From Calcarisporiella thermophila CBS 279.70 (Eukaryota; Fungi; Calcarisporiellomycota): DNA of 64,000 nucleotides. The stretch spans positions 160,789 to 224,788 of the forward strand of contig NW_027192215.1 in the NCBI RefSeq assembly GCF_041956535.1, in the 5' to 3' direction. A model generated the notes under the pieces. That model ran no database searches. It was given only the letters and a program-made list of their open reading frames with translations, and was not told the DNA's origin. Positions 59,834-64,000 of this stretch are shown piece by piece (the stretch's first letter is position 1; every line of letters begins with the position of its first letter). Made by a program: the position numbers and the translations under genes.

Positions 59834-62729
59834 TTAATTCGCTAGTATTTGATCTTCTGGAGTAGGTAGCCGCTGAGCTCGCTTTTCTATTTCTAAATAC
59901 TCTAGCACTTCAGATGCAGTGGGACGTGTATTAGGGTCATCACTGAGCATACGATCTCCAATTTCGCCTATAAAAATTAAATTCGAAATAACGGAGAAAA
60001 AAATAGAATATAGAAAAATGATATAATACTCACCGAGTTTCGAGAGTAGATTTAATGCTTGAAGAGTTCTGCCAGCACTGTATATATCAGCTGGGAATCC
60101 ATGAGGCTCGTGTCGTTCAACTTCGGGTGCAATAAAAGTCTCGGTTCCAGCACCACTTTGCGTTTGCTTATCTTGGATTTCCTCAGCAAAATTGAAATCA
60201 AGTAAAACCCAGCTATCGAAGAAGAAAAATAGACGGATTAGGATAAAACGATTGTGTTGAAAACTGTTAAATTACCGCTTCTGCCTCTCACTATATCCGA
60301 TATTATTTGGTTTGATATCATGATGAATAATACCGCGAGTGTGTAGGGCCTTCAATGCAGAAAACAAGTCTCTCATAAAGCCTTCTCCAGTAAGCTTGAA
60401 CAAAAATAATAAACAAAAAAAGATTAATAGCAGGAAAAAGCGTAAAATTAAAAGTCAGTACCTTGAGAAAATCTCTGCCGTAAACCTCCACTTTATCTAA
60501 GATCATGCCATAACAACCATTAAGCAATAAAGTATTGTAAAGCCGCACAATGTTTGGTAAATCCTAAAAAGCATATCAGTGTAGTGATGCGAAGGGCTGA
60601 AATAAAAGGCATCAAATACCTGAAGTTTTTGAAGTAAAGAAATTTCATGCCCTTTTCCAAGCTTAGCTACAAATGCGAATGACTGCTCTTTATGAACTAC
60701 ATGGAACACGCGTGTATGATCACTCTTTTGTGAAATAGGTATTTGATTATTAAGATTTATCTTATGTTACCACAGGATAAAAAAGCTAAACCTTACCTTG
60801 TGTATAGTACCGAAATATTGGTAACCACATTTTTGTATAAGAGATAACATAGATATAGATATATCAGTTATAGATTGGTGATCACTTCCCCTGTCACAAG
60901 TTTCCGATTCCTCTCTTCTTTTATCACCTCTTGTATCTTTTCCTTTCTTCGATGGAGTAAATTTCGAACCTCCAGGACGGGATTCCAACTGTATTTGGGG
61001 AGGAGGAAAGCGATCTCCTACCAAATATTCATGAGTTAAGTCATAGCCTGTCCAGTAAAAACTGCAAATATAAAATTTTGAATACCCATTGTTATTGGAC
61101 CTCGTTTATGCATAAGTTTTTGTACTGTGACCATTGCTTCTCTGACAGGCCCAAGAAGGAAGCTACTGATCTTGACAATATGATCTATGTTGACTGAATG
61201 TACATAATTGGCTAGAATTCCCTCTAACAATTGCTCGAAGAGACAGAAGTTAAAGTGTGACCCATTCATTCCCTTGCGCTCTCGTATTGGTTTCATCCCA
61301 ACAAATTCAAACTCGCCATCCGAGGAGAGCAGAAGACCATACGTTCTGAGTTCTTCAATAGCACCATCAGGGACTCTTTTTGCCATCTTCTCTAGCGAAT
61401 GACGCAGCAACTTTGCCATTTTTCGAGTGTCTTTATGGGCAGATATCGAATCTTCACTCGCTGTCTCAACTTCCACAATCAATACCGGAATTTTTGTTCC
61501 TGCTATATGCACCCCACAAACAAAATCAACTATAGGAGCCCAATTTTCAGTCACCGGAAATCTGAACTCTCTCTGTGAAAAAAAATTTGGAATATTTGCT
61601 TCGTGAAGCGGTGTTCCAATGAGAGGTTCAAGAACTAAGCCGCCGAAATCCTGCTCTACCGTTGCATTACTTCTTGCAAGTGCTTTAATTCCCACCGTAA
61701 CTAAAAGCGGAGAAACAAATTCGGTAGGGCGATTGTGTGTTTGTATGCACCGTCTCCAATTATCTGCAGTTGCTATAGGGTCTGTATTTTGGATATTGAG
61801 TGCTTCATGTCTTTCATTGTCAGGAAGATCCTAAAAATGGAATGGCATGAGATATATAAACTGTATATGGCCTAAAAGCTTAGGTTGATTTTATGAATTT
61901 ACCTGGAAATATTCTTCAAAAGCGACCAATATTTCTTCCTTTTCTTTGCCCCATATGAGCCATTGGAATATGTGGCAGCAATCGAGACCAAGAATTTTGA
62001 AATCTTTTGCAAAAGAAAGTTGGCTAGAATTCTGTGCGCAGAAATCCTCCACAACTGTCTTCAGGTTAGAATCGCAAATACAATTCGAAGGCCAACGTAC
62101 TAAAAAACTCTGACGGAAAATGTTTTCTGCTGCCATTGTCAAAGTTGCCTTGAAATATCTAATAGAAAGTTTAAAAATTCAACGGTAAATGCATTAGTTG
62201 CTGAATCTTTCCCTACTGTTGTTCAAGTTTGTCCTTGGTAGTTTTGCGTGCGTGAGGATAATGCCACCCAGCGATGTGCCGAACATAGTCTTGCCACAGT
62301 TTCCCATCATTAAAAGGTGCTATATATTATGGGTATGGAATTATTTTAGAAAGAACCCATTGGCAATGTAAATAACATTTACGCGCTAAAACATTTATAT
62401 CTGAGTAATATCTTTCATCCAACTCAGGGAGACGAAAAGTTTGATTTCGAGATCGAGTCGGCGTCATTATTGAAGAAGGAGTAGGAGATACCGCTGATCC
62501 CATATAGGTATGTTCCTCCTGTGGTAATTGGGCAGAACATACACCAGGTGAGAGCATAGATTCATCACCTTGATCAGAAACTGGTTTCTTCGCTCTTTTC
62601 TGTCTTTGAGTGATGCCAGTCGTATTTTTCTCTAAAAATGAAATGCATATGATTTATTCGAGAAACATAAGCATCACAACATTATATACCCTTTTCCTTT
62701 TCCAATGAATGAGCTCTCTTTGGGGGCAT
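59834..62729 (-). CDS. Fusion of a PD-(D/E)xK-like restriction-endonuclease-fold domain and a Ser/Thr protein kinase (Crinkler-related REase+kinase architecture), 11 exons
   Basis: ATG at 62729 (MPPKR); ten GT-AG introns give one open frame. Nuclease-like core VEQDFGGLVLEPL...IVDFVC...VLIVEVE...HKDTRKMAKLLR...RTYGLLL. Kinase motifs FVAK, E..LL..L, NIVRL, IIHHDIKPNNI, LLDFNFA, GTETFIAPE, ADIYSAG, DPNTRPTASE. Confidence 0.8.
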
Positions 62730-62881
62730 GGTTAAATTTTCTTATTGAGTCAATGGTTATTTCCAAATTAAATACTCCTTTGAAATTAAATTGGGAGATT
62801 CCAAGCCTGAGCAGACATACTAGATTTGGGAGTTTCCAGAATGAATCAGACAATAAATATATAAGGAAATTTGGATTATGG

Positions 62882-62898
62882 AATTTGATTGGCCGAAA
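62882..62898 (-). promoter_or_regulatory. Extended CCAAT box TTTCGGCCAATCAAATT
   Basis: About 150 bp upstream of the nuclease-kinase ATG, on the same strand. Identical to 42006-42022. Confidence 0.55.
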
Positions 62899-63484
62899 TA
62901 TTCAAGTAGTATATCTTTAATATTATGCCCTTCTTTTGAAAGCTAATAACTCTACCAATATACACCCAAATGCCCTCATTTTTGATGCAATGAATACCCC
63001 TTTTCTTGCCGCTTCTTTTTGGAAACCACTTGCAAAATTTTTCCTTCCCCTAGTAGTGTTATATAGAGTTGCTCACCTACCTTAAAACCCACCTGCTTAT
63101 GTTGGTGGCCTTTTTCTTCCACTCTTGAACCCCCTAATTAGCAGGATAGAGAGGTCTGCAACAGCGTTAGAAGTAGGAGGGACCTCAGAGAGGGAAAGGT
63201 TTTGGCCCACAAGTAAATAAAATTAACCTATTTCCTCTGAGGAAATCAACCGTTGCTCCCGAACCTCTATCCTGGCCAGGAATTTTCCCCTTAATATGTA
63301 TGAAGAAACGCAAGGCAAGGAATCCACAGTAGACTGCCAAGGAAGCGGGGTGGTATTCCCAGCTTCAACCAAACCCCCTTGGGTTCTAATGTGAATTTTA
63401 ATTCCTTGACTCCATTTCTTCTTTTGGCCCCCACGCTCTCTTACTACCTCTCATCCACCAACTCATATACGCCAATCTAGATAA

Positions 63485-64000
63485 TCACAACGACAACCTC
63501 ATCAACCGCTTACATAATCCATCCATATCCAACTCTTGCGCAAGCGATGCAACCCTAGAGAGATACCTCTTAACCCCGGGAACCCTCTTGCTATCTTCTT
63601 TCGATGCTGGAGGCCGCTTTGTTTCCCTAGTGTCCTTTTTTATGAGAATTTTCGGTATTATCGGTACCCATCCGTCTCGTGACGAGGAGCTGCACGCGAA
63701 TATTGAATTATTTCTACAAGAAAATGAGAAGTATGTCGAAATGTTTTTGATTGACAAAACCTTGAGTGTCTCGGGTCTTTGGGCCCTTTCATAGTTAAAA
63801 AACTTTATCGAAAGTTTTGTCTCTGGTTCTCTGCCATTGTTGGTTGCTTCCAAGCGGCCTTCAAAAGAAGAAACCAAGTCTTTAACAGAGTTAATTCCTA
63901 CCGTGGATTCAACCGAAGAGAACCAGCGCGAAAGAAGTCCAAAATGACCGTCGACCCAGCTTTTACCATGGTATTCGGCAAAAAAATTCCATCGTAATTA
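63485..64000 (-). mobile_element. DNA transposon transposase C-terminal fragment (Sola2-like), probably defective; continues beyond the window
   Basis: Minus frame 63997-63485 reads LRWNFFAEYHGKSWVDGHFGLLSRWF..., matching the W.FF...HGK...DG..G third-catalytic-residue motif. An in-frame TAA lies at 64000-63998. Confidence 0.65.

Noticed and set aside
63047-63058. CCCTAGTAGTG as a possible CACTA terminal repeat
   Set aside because: I found no partner CACTACTAG end or CACTA transposase in the window.
1-64000. CRISPR arrays, rRNA, tRNA, spliceosomal snRNAs, prokaryotic operons
   Set aside because: None recognisable by eye, and the sequence is spliceosomal-intron-rich eukaryotic DNA. Covariance-model searches would be needed to exclude divergent ncRNAs.

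Overview
Gene-dense, intron-rich eukaryotic genomic DNA (most introns ~55-85 nt). It is almost certainly from an early-diverging, non-Dikarya fungus (Mucoromycota/Zoopagomycota-like), because a Zn2Cys6 factor and Pho85-type cyclins co-occur with Integrator subunit INTS4, TMEM164 and a U12-type intron. I reconstructed about 26 protein-coding genes by hand from splice sites: JIP5/WDR55 (3' end), an ankyrin protein, TMEM164, a LisH/LUFS Flo8/Som1-like regulator, S1P lyase, FMP27/BLTP2, MECR/ETR1, alkaline ceramidase, a Zn-cluster TF, SPF45, RPS9, RPL15, SUMO, PHO13, an LPMO-fold secreted protein, two Pcl cyclins, RAD52, HADH, ATR/MEC1, INTS4 and several orphans. The right end holds an intact 11-exon gene fusing a restriction-endonuclease-like fold to a protein kinase, next to a transposase remnant. 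The most notable observations are (1) a textbook minor-spliceosome (U12) intron in ribosomal protein gene RPS9, (2) the nuclease-kinase gene beside the transposase, (3) an LPMO-fold protein whose copper histidine brace is lost, (4) five GC-AG introns, and (5) recurrent promoter motifs. No rRNA, tRNA or CRISPR array was seen. Exon boundaries are hand-derived, and family assignments rest on motif recognition rather than database searches.
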